The notes below the pieces were generated by a model. That model did no database searches. It worked only from the letters and a program-made list of their open reading frames with translations, and had not been told where the DNA came from. This document shows, one piece after another, positions 17,507-27,088 of a DNA stretch of 64,000 nt (position 1 is its first letter; every line of letters starts with the position of its first letter). Source of the stretch: a virus (taxonomy: Duplodnaviria; Caudoviricetes); the IMG/VR virus record IMGVR_UViG_3300033062_002302. One strand, given 5' to 3'. Position numbers and translations under genes: made by a program.

Positions 17507-20230
17507 ATGACTGACAAATTAGAAGAACTTAAAATTAATGGTGAAGCTCCTGAATGGATGAAAGATGAAGGATATACTACATTATGTGGCGGATATCTTC
17601 TTCCTAATGAAACTCCCAAGGGTATGTATAGAAGAGTTGCTAAAGCAGCAGCAAGCTATTATTCTCCCGAAGCTAAATATGAGGAAAAATTTTTCCATAT
17701 ATTATGGAATAATTGGCTTTGCTTAGCATCTCCTATTGCGGCAAATTTAGGTTCAGACAGAGCGCTCCCAGTGTCGTGTAATAGTCTACATTTACAGGAT
17801 TCTATTGACTCTATTTTTATGAAAAATCATGAATTAGCCATTCTTTCTAAAAATGGAGCTGGTGTTGGAATATTCTTTGGAGATTTAAGATCAAGAGGTA
17901 AAGATATTAAAGGTAATGGTAAGGCTGAAGGCGTAGTACCGTGGGCTAAGGTAATGGATAGTTCTATTGTGGCAGTTTCACAAGGAAGTCAACGTAAAGG
18001 CGCCGCAGCGATCTACCTTCCAGTAGAGCATGGAGACATAGAAGAGTTTCTTAATATTCGAAGGCAAACTGGCGATATGAATCGTCGATGTTTAAATATT
18101 AATATTGGAGTTACTATTACAGATGCATGGATGGAATCTATGCTGGCAGGCGATAAAAATAAACGTAAAATTTGGGAATCAATTTTAACTGAAAGAGTTG
18201 AGACCGGAGAGCCTTATATATTCTTTTCTGATAACGTTAATAAAAATAATCCTGAATGTTATAAACAAAATAATTTAAAAGTATCCACAAGTAATATTTG
18301 TTGTCTTTCTGGAGACACACTAATTGCTACTAAAAATGGTCCTAAAAAAATCAGTTCTTTAATAGATCAGACTGTTGAAATTTATGATGGTAAAAAATGG
18401 GTTGAAAATTCTAGTTTTAAACTCCGTGGCTATGATTCTTTAACGAGAATTCATTTGGCAGATGGATCTTTTGTTGATTCTAATGATAAACATAGATGGT
18501 TCATTTCAAAAAATTACACTGATATCAGGAATAATAAATTTCACGAAACTCTTACAAAAGATCTTGAAATAGGAAATTATGTTGAATTTCATAAACAAGA
18601 ATCGCATGGGAATATAGCTGCTGAAGCTGCCTATGCCAAAGGGTTCTTGATTGGTGATGGAACAAGCAGCGAAACGAATACATTATTAAATTTACATTTT
18701 ACAAAATTTATGTGCGAAGAAGAAATCATTTCTTCCGTTTTAGAAATTAATCCAAGCAAAGCTAATACAAATGCCAACATCAAAGTTGCATTTAGTGACA
18801 TTATAGATAACACAGGCTCAAAAGGATCTTATGGGAAACAAATTTTTAAACGATTAAAAGGTTTGTCTCTTCGAAAATCACTTCATCCATGGTCAAGAGA
18901 ATATAAAAAATCTTTGCCAGATGAAGTTCGTAATTGGAACAGGAAATCAAAAATAAAATTCCTGTCAGGTCTATTAGACGCAGATGGGACTGTATGTAAA
19001 AATACAATTCAAATTACAAGTATATATGAACAATTTATTTTAGATTTAGGAAGCATGTTAAAAACATGTGCTATCACTTATAGCATGGATAAATCTAATC
19101 TAAAATATAGAATAACTATTTCAGCTAATGATACTGTAAAATTAAAAGATGAACTCTCATGCAAGAGGCTTAATTTTGAAAATTGTAAAAAGCCTAATAG
19201 ATTTCTAACTACTTTTAGAAAAATAGTTAAAATAGAAAAATTAGAGGGAGTTCATCCGGTTTATTGTCCAACAGTTCCTTCTACTGGAAAATTTGCTTTA
19301 GCTAATGGGTTGATGACTGGCAATAGCGAGATAACCTTATATACAGATCCAGATCATACTTTTGTTTGTTGTTTATCTTCATTAAATCTTGTTCGTTGGG
19401 ATGAATGGAAAGATACTGATACTGTTAATTTGGCAGTTAGATTTTTAGATGCAGTTCTGTCCGAATATATTCAAAAGACAGAAAATATGACGGGGATGGA
19501 GGCGGCACGCCGTTCTGCTATTAAAGGGCGAGCTATTGGAATTGGAGTTCTTGGCTGGCACACTCTTCTTCAGGAACAAATGCTTCCAATGGATTCTTTT
19601 GAAGTAATGCAGTTGAATGCTGAAATCTTTAAAAGTATTGATAAAAAATCTCTTGAGGAAAGCAAAGTCCTAGCTCAGGAACTAGGGGAGCCAGAATGGT
19701 GTAAAGGTTTCGGAATTCGAAATACTCATCGAATCGCTTGCGCTCCAACGGTCTCTAACTCTACCATCTCTGGTGGTTATTCTGCCGGAATTGAACCTAT
19801 TGCGGCTAATATTGTCGCCATTAAATCTGCTAAGGGAACTTTTATTAGAAAAAATCCAACGCTTGAAAGACTTTTGGAGTCCAAAGGATTCAATACGATT
19901 GAAGTTTGGCAATCTATTAATGAACAGAGTGGTGGAGTCCAACACTTGAAATTCTTATCTGATTTAGAAAAAGAAGTTTTCTTAACGGCTCGGGAAATTA
20001 ATCAACATGTATTAATTAAACTCGGCGCCCAACGGCAAAAATGGATTGATCAAGCTCAATCTCTAAACCTCTTCTTTGCATCCAATTCTAGCGCAAAGTA
20101 CATTCATGACGTTCACATTGCGGCTTGGAAGAGCGGCTTGAAAACACTATATTACTTACGATCTGAAGGCGTTCTCAAGGGCGATATGGCATCTCGTGGA
20201 GAAAACGAGTGTAAGGCTTGTGAAGGATAA
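17507..20230 (+). CDS. nrdA: Ribonucleotide reductase class Ia alpha subunit, intein-containing, no obvious ATP cone
   Basis: LPVSC, GAGVG, SNIC|SEI after intein removal, VCCLSS, APT, DQAQS, KTLYYLR, CKACEG. Confidence 0.93.
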   Translation: MTDKLEELKINGEAPEWMKDEGYTTLCGGYLLPNETPKGMYRRVAKAAASYYSPEAKYEEKFFHILWNNWLCLASPIAANLGSDRALPVSCNSLHLQDSIDSIFMKNHELAILSKNGAGVGIFFGDLRSRGKDIKGNGKAEGVVPWAKVMDSSIVAVSQGSQRKGAAAIYLPVEHGDIEEFLNIRRQTGDMNRRCLNINIGVTITDAWMESMLAGDKNKRKIWESILTERVETGEPYIFFSDNVNKNNPECYKQNNLKVSTSNICCLSGDTLIATKNGPKKISSLIDQTVEIYDGKKWVENSSFKLRGYDSLTRIHLADGSFVDSNDKHRWFISKNYTDIRNNKFHETLTKDLEIGNYVEFHKQESHGNIAAEAAYAKGFLIGDGTSSETNTLLNLHFTKFMCEEEIISSVLEINPSKANTNANIKVAFSDIIDNTGSKGSYGKQIFKRLKGLSLRKSLHPWSREYKKSLPDEVRNWNRKSKIKFLSGLLDADGTVCKNTIQITSIYEQFILDLGSMLKTCAITYSMDKSNLKYRITISANDTVKLKDELSCKRLNFENCKKPNRFLTTFRKIVKIEKLEGVHPVYCPTVPSTGKFALANGLMTGNSEITLYTDPDHTFVCCLSSLNLVRWDEWKDTDTVNLAVRFLDAVLSEYIQKTENMTGMEAARRSAIKGRAIGIGVLGWHTLLQEQMLPMDSFEVMQLNAEIFKSIDKKSLEESKVLAQELGEPEWCKGFGIRNTHRIACAPTVSNSTISGGYSAGIEPIAANIVAIKSAKGTFIRKNPTLERLLESKGFNTIEVWQSINEQSGGVQHLKFLSDLEKEVFLTAREINQHVLIKLGAQRQKWIDQAQSLNLFFASNSSAKYIHDVHIAAWKSGLKTLYYLRSEGVLKGDMASRGENECKACEG
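18302..19324 (+). mobile_element. Intein with LAGLIDADG endonuclease in NrdA (341 aa)
   Basis: Starts CLSGDT, motifs GFLIGDG and LSGLLDADG, ends MTGN|S; inserted directly after the NxCxE catalytic Cys. Confidence 0.92.
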
Positions 20231-20254
20231 TATCAATAATCAGATATTTGGTAT

Positions 20255-20620
20255 ATGCGTAGCATAATTCTTTTGAATTCCAATGAAAATACGGCGAGAG
20301 TCGAAGAGGAAGAAAAGACCCGATTTGTTCGGGATGTTTTAAGCTCTATTGGTCTCCCAATCGAAGAATTATGGGAAGAAGACGGAAGCCTCTCAATTGA
20401 GAATAAATCAAAATTGAGAGAAGTTCTGTCAACTTATGGCGTTCAGGTTATAGATCATTATGATGGTGAGATTCAAATCTACATGAATAGTGATTTAATC
20501 GGAGAATGGAAGAAATCCGAATATATTTTGAAAAAGGATCTTGCAGAATTAGATCCAAAAAAGAAATTATTCTTAGAAATGCATACAAATTGCTGGAGCA
20601 TATTTGAATCGAATGATTGA
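20255..20620 (+). CDS. Hypothetical protein
   Basis: 121 aa acidic ORF. Confidence 0.6.
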   Translation: MRSIILLNSNENTARVEEEEKTRFVRDVLSSIGLPIEELWEEDGSLSIENKSKLREVLSTYGVQVIDHYDGEIQIYMNSDLIGEWKKSEYILKKDLAELDPKKKLFLEMHTNCWSIFESND

Positions 20621-20716
20621 GAAAATAATATTTCTCTCATTATTAAACATTAATACATCCTTAATGAAAGGATTATTAAGACTGTAATATTGCCTCCTTA
20701 TTTGGAAAAATAATAA

Positions 20717-23230
20717 ATGAAAAAATACATATTAGATACTTCTGCATTGATCACCGATCCTGCCATCTTTAAGAGTTTAGATAAAGATTCCGAAGTCATT
20801 CTTCCAATTGCTGTCTTAGAAGAGTTGGATAAATTAAAAAAAGCTCAAGGAGAAGTCGGAAAAAATGCACGAGTCTGCATTAGACTCCTCGATGAATTAT
20901 CTAACCAAGGCGATATTACTTCTGGAATTGAAGTTAATGGTTTAACTGTTAAAATAGATTCTAATAGCTACCCAAATACTTTTGGGGATAAATTATATGG
21001 AGACACTCGGATTTTATCTTGCGCCAATGCTATTTTCTTAGCAGGCGATGCAGAAGTTATTTTCGTTAGCAATGATATTAATCTTAGAGTCCGCGCTAAA
21101 GCGGTTGGAATGGTTGCTGTTGGTCATGAAAAGACTTCGGGAACATCAGACGAGCTATATTCGGGAATGAAGACGGTTGTTGATCCGGAGGCTGGAATTG
21201 ATTTATTAAATCAAAAAACAATTGATCCTCGTTCTTACAATTTAGAATTGCACCCTAATGAGTTCGTTGTTTTTACGGATGAAGATGAAAATATAGTTTC
21301 AATGGGAAGATTGAATGAGGATGGAGTTGTTAAAGTAGTTGGAAAGAATTTTCCATGGGGCTTGTCTGCTCGAAACAAAGAACAGCGTGCTGCGATTGAT
21401 TTAATATTGGATCCGTCAGTAGCGCTGGTTACATTGGTCGGGTCAGCTGGAACCGGGAAATCATTGATTGCCTTGGCGAGCGCGATTGAGTTGGTTATTG
21501 ATCGTGAACAGTATGAGAAGTTAGTTATATATAAGCCAATGGAGTCGGTTGGTCAGGAAATAGGATTTTTGCCTGGACCACAGCCGCTAGATGCTAAGAT
21601 AGTTACTCCTGATGGATGGACCACAATGGGGTCTCTAAAGACGGGCGATCTAGTTATTTCTAGGGATGGTAAGCCTACTCAGGTAACTGGAATTTTTCCA
21701 AAGGGAACAAAATCCGTATATAAGGTAACAACTACAGACGGAACTTCTACAGAATGCTGCGAAGATCATTTGTGGTATACTCAGACTTTTGAAAATAAAA
21801 AAAGAAATAAGCCTGGTTCAGTCAAATCGACAAAAGAAATAATGGAATCTTTAAAAAATAAAGATGGTAAAATAAATCATTACTTACCAAGAAATGAAGC
21901 TGTTCATTATTCTAAAAAAGATGTTGCAATTCCACCTTATGTTTTAGGAGCTATATTAGGCGATGGGTCAATATCTGATTATATTAATATATCTAATACC
22001 GATTTAGAACTTATTGGTAGAGTTTCAAAAGAAGTTGAACAATTAAATTGCTCGCTTACAAATAGTGGAAAAAATATAGCTTACTCTTTTAGATCAAAAC
22101 TTTACAATAATAAAACGGCAAGACCTGTTAAAGTGACTAATTTGATAGATAATTCAAGCGTTATTTATAACTCTATTGGCTTAGCTAGTAAAGCTTTTCC
22201 TTCAATAAATAGAAAAAGTTTGAATTTTTATTGCAATGAAGGTCCAAGCATAAATAATTTAAAATTTGAATTTATGCCTCTAAAAAATAGATGGCAAAAT
22301 CCGATTAAAGAAGAGCTTTATAAACTTGGATTAAGTGGGACCAAAGCTTGGACAAAATTTATTCCTGATGATTATAAATACAATTCTATTGAAAATAGAA
22401 TTGCCTTACTTCAAGGTTTAATGGATACTGATGGTACCATTAAAAAAAGAGGCGAAGCTACGTATTGTACAACATCTAAACGGTTAGCTGAAGACATTAT
22501 AGAATTGGTTCGTTCTCTTGGGGGACGAGCAACGATTAGCGAAAGAAATCGTATTGGAGAAGAGAGCATTATTAATGGCAGACCTATCATTAAACGAAAA
22601 ATATCTTATGAGTTTACTGTTAGTTTGCCGGCTCATATAAATCCATTTTTCATTAGCAGAAAAGCCTCTAGACATAGTTGTGCTTTTATGCATCGTGTTG
22701 CAATTAAAAATATTGAATATGTTGGGGAAAAAGAAGTTCAGTGTATTAGAGTTGATAATCCCGAACATTTATATTTAACTGATAATTTTATAGTAACTCA
22801 TAATACAGAATCTGAAAAGCTGTCTCCATGGTTTCAATCTATTATGGATAGTTTTGAATTTTTATTCACGATGTCTAATGGTGATAAGTGGAGAAATAAT
22901 TTCGAAGCGGTTCAGAGAAAAGATCGGATTCAAATGAACGCTATTACTTTTATTCGCGGAAGAAACATTCCAGATTCAATTATTCTAATAGATGAAATTC
23001 AAAACTTAACGCGAGAAGAAGTCAAAACGATCTTAACTCGTGCTGGTGAAGGAACCAAAATCATTTGCACTGGTGATATTGAGCAAATTGACAACAAGCA
23101 TTTAGATGCCATGAACAATGGTTTAACTTATATCATTGATAAGTTTAAGGACTCTGAGTTAGCTGGGCATGTCACTTTGACTCAAGGCGAGAGAAGCGCT
23201 TTGGCAACTGAAGCTGCGCGTATTCTTTAA
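20717..23230 (+). CDS. phoH: PhoH-family ATPase with N-terminal PIN domain (PhoH2-like), intein-containing
   Basis: PIN: ILDTS, EELD, DTRIL, SNDINLR; GSAGTGKS, GFLPG|TESEK, IRGR, DEIQN, TRAG, GDIEQID. Confidence 0.9.
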   Translation: MKKYILDTSALITDPAIFKSLDKDSEVILPIAVLEELDKLKKAQGEVGKNARVCIRLLDELSNQGDITSGIEVNGLTVKIDSNSYPNTFGDKLYGDTRILSCANAIFLAGDAEVIFVSNDINLRVRAKAVGMVAVGHEKTSGTSDELYSGMKTVVDPEAGIDLLNQKTIDPRSYNLELHPNEFVVFTDEDENIVSMGRLNEDGVVKVVGKNFPWGLSARNKEQRAAIDLILDPSVALVTLVGSAGTGKSLIALASAIELVIDREQYEKLVIYKPMESVGQEIGFLPGPQPLDAKIVTPDGWTTMGSLKTGDLVISRDGKPTQVTGIFPKGTKSVYKVTTTDGTSTECCEDHLWYTQTFENKKRNKPGSVKSTKEIMESLKNKDGKINHYLPRNEAVHYSKKDVAIPPYVLGAILGDGSISDYINISNTDLELIGRVSKEVEQLNCSLTNSGKNIAYSFRSKLYNNKTARPVKVTNLIDNSSVIYNSIGLASKAFPSINRKSLNFYCNEGPSINNLKFEFMPLKNRWQNPIKEELYKLGLSGTKAWTKFIPDDYKYNSIENRIALLQGLMDTDGTIKKRGEATYCTTSKRLAEDIIELVRSLGGRATISERNRIGEESIINGRPIIKRKISYEFTVSLPAHINPFFISRKASRHSCAFMHRVAIKNIEYVGEKEVQCIRVDNPEHLYLTDNFIVTHNTESEKLSPWFQSIMDSFEFLFTMSNGDKWRNNFEAVQRKDRIQMNAITFIRGRNIPDSIILIDEIQNLTREEVKTILTRAGEGTKIICTGDIEQIDNKHLDAMNNGLTYIIDKFKDSELAGHVTLTQGERSALATEAARIL
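21578..22804 (+). mobile_element. Class-3-type intein with LAGLIDADG endonuclease in PhoH (409 aa)
   Basis: Starts PQPLDA (no N-terminal nucleophile), EDHLW, VQCI, VTHN|T; motifs LGAILGDG and LQGLMDTDG. Confidence 0.9.
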
Positions 23231-23249
23231 AATAGAAAATAATTTTATT

Positions 23250-23441
23250 ATGACCCCTCAATTATTCATTGATATTAATGGGGCTAGATTGTATTATCTA
23301 AAAGGTCACTATCATAGATTAGATGGACCCGCTATTGAATATTCTAATGGAGAAAAATATTGGTATTTTCATGGTAAACGTATAGATTGTGATTCTCAAG
23401 AAGAATTCGAAGAGACTATTAAGCTAACTATGTTTTGGTGA
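23250..23441 (+). CDS. HRxDGPA-repeat protein (1 repeat), tail KLTMFW
   Basis: HRLDGPAIE..KYWYFHG..SQEEF..MFW*. Confidence 0.8.
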   Translation: MTPQLFIDINGARLYYLKGHYHRLDGPAIEYSNGEKYWYFHGKRIDCDSQEEFEETIKLTMFW

Positions 23442-23446
23442 TTGTT

Positions 23447-23653
23447 ATGAGAAATGGATTGGTTGAAGGTTTTATTGGGACTTTTGAGGTTAAAAGATAT
23501 TATTTAAATGATCTTCTCCATAGAGAAGATGGTCCAGCTATAGAATTTACTGGTGGATCTAAATATTGGTATTTTCATGGAAAATATATAGACTGTAATT
23601 CTCAAGAAGAGTTTCTAGCTATAATTAATCCTAAACTCGCTATGTTTTGGTAG
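23447..23653 (+). CDS. HRxDGPA-repeat protein (1 repeat), tail NPKLAMFW
   Basis: Start at ATG 23447, 5 nt after upstream stop. Confidence 0.8.
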   Translation: MRNGLVEGFIGTFEVKRYYLNDLLHREDGPAIEFTGGSKYWYFHGKYIDCNSQEEFLAIINPKLAMFW

Positions 23654-23658
23654 TTGAT

Positions 23659-23919
23659 ATGAAAAATGGTTTTATTATTACTAAACGTGGAACTAAATGT
23701 CATTATTTAAATGATAAATTCCATAGAGATGATGGTCCGGCTGTTGAATATGCTGATGGGTCTAAATGTTGGTGCCAAAATGGTAAATATCATCGAGAAG
23801 ATGGTCCTGCCATTGAATGGAATGATGGAGTTAAAGAGTGGTATTTTCATGGCAAAGAAATAAATTGTAAATCTCAAAAAGAATTTGAAGAATATATTAA
23901 GTTAGCTATGTTTTGGTAA
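23659..23919 (+). CDS. HRxDGPA-repeat protein (2 repeats), tail KLAMFW
   Basis: Start at ATG 23659, 5 nt after upstream stop. Confidence 0.8.
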   Translation: MKNGFIITKRGTKCHYLNDKFHRDDGPAVEYADGSKCWCQNGKYHREDGPAIEWNDGVKEWYFHGKEINCKSQKEFEEYIKLAMFW

Positions 23920-23924
23920 TTGAT

Positions 23925-24245
23925 ATGAAGAATAAGCCGCAGATAGATTCATTTGGCACTAAAAGATATTATTTAAATAGCCGCCTTCATAGATTAGACG
24001 GTCCTGCCATCATATATAAGGATGGATATAAAGGGTGGTATCAACATGGTTTACTTCACAGACTAGATGGTCCTGCCGTTGAATCCAGCAATGGAGATAA
24101 ACTTTGGTATCAAAATAGTGAACTTCATCGACTTGACGGTCCCGCCATTGAACGTGTTAATGGAGATAAACATTATTATTTTCATAATAAATATATAAAG
24201 TGTTCTTCTCAAGAAGAATTTAAGATATCAATTATTTTTGGTTAA
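23925..24245 (+). CDS. HRxDGPA-repeat protein (3 repeats), variant tail SIIFG
   Basis: Start at ATG 23925; three HRLDGPA units. Confidence 0.8.
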   Translation: MKNKPQIDSFGTKRYYLNSRLHRLDGPAIIYKDGYKGWYQHGLLHRLDGPAVESSNGDKLWYQNSELHRLDGPAIERVNGDKHYYFHNKYIKCSSQEEFKISIIFG

Positions 24246-24302
24246 AATTATTTATTAAAATAAATCTTGGGGTATATCTCTCCTCAAAGGAGATCTCATA
24301 TA

Positions 24303-24653
24303 ATGAGCGACCGAGCAGATAATGTTGACGAAATGTACGAAGAAGTTCCCGAAGAGAATCAAAAAATATTTGAATTACCTCATTCAAACAATGAATCAAA
24401 ACGCCTTTTAGAATCTAAAGAGACTTCAAATCATTTGTCTTTAAAAGACAAATATCTTTTAGATGTTGCTAAGCTAAATCGCAGGATCTCTTTGCTTCAA
24501 GCTGAAAAAGCTTTAGCTGAGCACACTGCCGCCGAAGCAAATTTCAAATACTCTATACTTCAGCTTTATATGAAATATGGCTTGACGGAAGCTGACGCTA
24601 TTGATGATGACGGTCAAATTCACAAAAATGTTAAACCAGCAAATAAAGAATAA
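24303..24653 (+). CDS. Hypothetical coiled-coil protein
   Basis: ATG 24303 with SD AGGAG at 24288. Confidence 0.6.
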   Translation: MSDRADNVDEMYEEVPEENQKIFELPHSNNESKRLLESKETSNHLSLKDKYLLDVAKLNRRISLLQAEKALAEHTAAEANFKYSILQLYMKYGLTEADAIDDDGQIHKNVKPANKE

Positions 24654-24668
24654 AGAATAAAGGAAATA

Positions 24669-25049
24669 ATGAAGAAAAAATCATCCGTAGAATTACAGCA
24701 AGACAAAGTTTCTATGCCAGCTGTAGTTAAAGATCCGCTAGAGCCAACCAGTATCTTTTCTGAATTAAAAGAAGAAGACACTCCTCGCAACCAAGAAGTT
24801 TTTGAGCGAGAGTTATTCGGGAAAATCGCTAGTTTAATTCAAATTCGACAATTCCTCCAAGAATCCCAGAATAATTATAATATCGCTAAAAAAGAAATTG
24901 GCGAGCTGCAAGGAATGCTTATCTTAATGGATCGGTACATCGCTAATCAAATCCTTTCTGCGCCTTTTAAAGAAGTTTTGAAGTTTGATCAGGCTAAAGC
25001 GGCAACGGCAGATGTTCGTAAAATGAATAACATTAAATCTGGACTCTAA
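24669..25049 (+). CDS. Hypothetical protein
   Basis: 126 aa ORF with SD AAGGA. Confidence 0.6.
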   Translation: MKKKSSVELQQDKVSMPAVVKDPLEPTSIFSELKEEDTPRNQEVFERELFGKIASLIQIRQFLQESQNNYNIAKKEIGELQGMLILMDRYIANQILSAPFKEVLKFDQAKAATADVRKMNNIKSGL

Positions 25050-25852
25050 TGAAATTATCAACTCGCTCTCTCTTGCCAAGCCTTCTCCTTGATTTAAAAG
25101 GAGAAGATTGGCTTCATAAGCAAAGAGTCGCTGGCAAAGTTACTGCTGGAGCCTTATCTCTTCTTGAGCGCGAGGCTAAAAATTTAACTCAGCAATCTAT
25201 GATTGAACTCTCTGCTCTGGCAGAAGAATACATTTTAGATCATAAATGTACTCCAACCTTTAAAAACTACAAAGGCTTTCCAGCCGCAGTTTGCATTTCA
25301 GTCAATAAAACTCTGGTTCATGGAATTCCAAATGATTATCGGTTACAAGATGGCGATATTGTTAAATTCGATCTTGGAGCAACTTATGAACGAGCTATTG
25401 CTGATTCCGCGATTACTTGTATTTATGGGACCCCTAAATCAGAGCGAGACGTTAAGCTTCTATCCGCAGGGCAAGAATCCTTAATGAAAGGCATTGAAGC
25501 TGTTAAAATTGGCAATAGAATTGGGGCTATTGGTCAAGCTATTTATAAGTCAGTAAAAAATAGCGGGTTTAATGTTGTTACCAATTATGGAGGACATTCT
25601 ATTTCATGGGATAAGCCTCATGCTGGAATGTTTGTTCCTAATCGGTCATCTCAAGATGAGGGAGTTAGGATTCAACCAGGATTGACGATTGCAATTGAGC
25701 CGATGGTTCTTCCGTCTGCTGATACCTCTAGTGTTGTTTCAAAAGATGGCTGGAGTGTTTTAACCAAAGAGATTGGTTGTCATTGGGAACATACCCTTTA
25801 TGTTCATGCTGATGGCAGTGTTGAAATTATGACATTGAGGGATAATGTTTAA
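25049..25852 (+). CDS. map: Methionine aminopeptidase type I
   Basis: CISVN..HGIP, DLG..D, GGH, H, IEPM, HWEHT metal ligands. Confidence 0.93.
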   Translation: MKLSTRSLLPSLLLDLKGEDWLHKQRVAGKVTAGALSLLEREAKNLTQQSMIELSALAEEYILDHKCTPTFKNYKGFPAAVCISVNKTLVHGIPNDYRLQDGDIVKFDLGATYERAIADSAITCIYGTPKSERDVKLLSAGQESLMKGIEAVKIGNRIGAIGQAIYKSVKNSGFNVVTNYGGHSISWDKPHAGMFVPNRSSQDEGVRIQPGLTIAIEPMVLPSADTSSVVSKDGWSVLTKEIGCHWEHTLYVHADGSVEIMTLRDNV

Positions 25853-26162
25853 ATTTTTAAAAGATAAAGCAATTGCTCAATATGAGCAATATTACTTTAA
25901 TTATGTTATTAAGAAACTTAATGACTTATTAAAAGTTGACAATGATTTTGCTCAAAAAATGTTTAAGACTTATCATAAGGTAAATGATAATTTTATAGAC
26001 AATTCTTCTTTTGTTGCGGATGCCGCTTCAAGAGAAGCTGGGATAGTTGGAATTTTGAATGGCATATTGCCAGGCTCAGACAAATATCGAGTTTGTGTTA
26101 TCAGCGATAGTAATAGCGGCAATGTCATTGAGTTTGTATTATATAATGTGCGAGGAAAATAA
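25845..26162 (+). CDS. Hypothetical protein
   Basis: 105 aa ORF overlapping map stop. Confidence 0.55.
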   Translation: MFKFLKDKAIAQYEQYYFNYVIKKLNDLLKVDNDFAQKMFKTYHKVNDNFIDNSSFVADAASREAGIVGILNGILPGSDKYRVCVISDSNSGNVIEFVLYNVRGK

Positions 26163-26341
26163 TGTTTATTTCAGAAATACAATGTCCGAAATTAGGTTCT
26201 ATTTCTAAAAAATCCGAGACTTTTACTGAAAGCCTTAGTTTTCTAAATCGTTTAGTGGAGATTAATTCAAATTATACTCTTGCTCAAATTTATGATTTAG
26301 AAAGTAACAAAGTAGTTGTTTCATTGAGAGTGGTAAGATGA
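26162..26341 (+). CDS. Small hypothetical protein (59 aa, not in ORF track)
   Basis: Read by hand: MFISEIQCPKLGS..SLRVVR*; TAATG and ATGA overlaps. Confidence 0.55.
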   Translation: MFISEIQCPKLGSISKKSETFTESLSFLNRLVEINSNYTLAQIYDLESNKVVVSLRVVR

Positions 26342-26505
26342 AAATAGAATTTGAAGATAAATCATTTGTTCAAATAACTAAAAATTCAATGGGTAATATT
26401 GTTATTATGATTCAGGCTAAGGATCATGAAAATTCATTGAAGAAAATTAGCAATGCGGTTGAATTGAGTCCTGAAGAATTTAAAAGATTAATTGGCGATT
26501 TATGA
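26338..26505 (+). CDS. Small hypothetical protein (55 aa, not in ORF track)
   Basis: Read by hand: MKIEFEDKSFVQITK..FKRLIGDL*; ATGA overlaps at both ends. Confidence 0.6.
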   Translation: MKIEFEDKSFVQITKNSMGNIVIMIQAKDHENSLKKISNAVELSPEEFKRLIGDL

Positions 26506-26828
26506 CTCTAGAAGAAGAATCTTATTCTAAAGAAGATTCGTTAAGAGCTTTGATTATTGAAGCTGGAGTTCCTTTATTCGAATGTTATTATAAAAATAAT
26601 TATAAGGGATTTTATCGGGGAATTTATTTTGATTCAGATTCTGTAAAGATAGTTACTATTTCTCCCAAACGCACAGGAGATAATCCAGATTATTTTATTA
26701 ATATTCCTAAGACATTTGATTCTAAATACAATAGAGAGGTAGAGTATTTATTCTGTTTTTATAATTCTAATATAGATTTAGTTACAAAAGAATTAAAATC
26801 TTTTATTTTATTGAAAGAATTCATATGA
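26502..26828 (+). CDS. Hypothetical protein with LxxFx C-terminal tail (LKEFI)
   Basis: Aromatic-rich; ends KELKSFILLKEFI*. Confidence 0.65.
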   Translation: MTLEEESYSKEDSLRALIIEAGVPLFECYYKNNYKGFYRGIYFDSDSVKIVTISPKRTGDNPDYFINIPKTFDSKYNREVEYLFCFYNSNIDLVTKELKSFILLKEFI

Positions 26829-27088
26829 TGGATAATCTTTATAGTTCAGTAGAGGTCTTAATAGCCGGTCATAATTATGAGGTATTAAATACTTTTTTCG
26901 ATCTAGCTTCCCAAGATTTGGGTGTCAGGTATTATTGTGATGAATTCCCGCGTAGATATATTTATTTATACGATATAAAATTTTCTTTTAGAACTCTTGA
27001 TGACTATTTTTTTACTATTGATCGTTTTCATTTCGAATATATCTCAAAAGAACTTCCTAAATTTTTGACATTACAGGCTTTTTTATGA
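26825..27088 (+). CDS. Hypothetical protein with LxxFx C-terminal tail (LQAFL)
   Basis: Ends KELPKFLTLQAFL*; ATGA overlap. Confidence 0.65.
   Translation: MMDNLYSSVEVLIAGHNYEVLNTFFDLASQDLGVRYYCDEFPRRYIYLYDIKFSFRTLDDYFFTIDRFHFEYISKELPKFLTLQAFL

Noticed and set aside
20651-20679. Hairpin TAATAcATCCTT/AAGGATTATTA upstream of phoH
   Set aside because: AT-rich weak stem without U-tract; function not supportable
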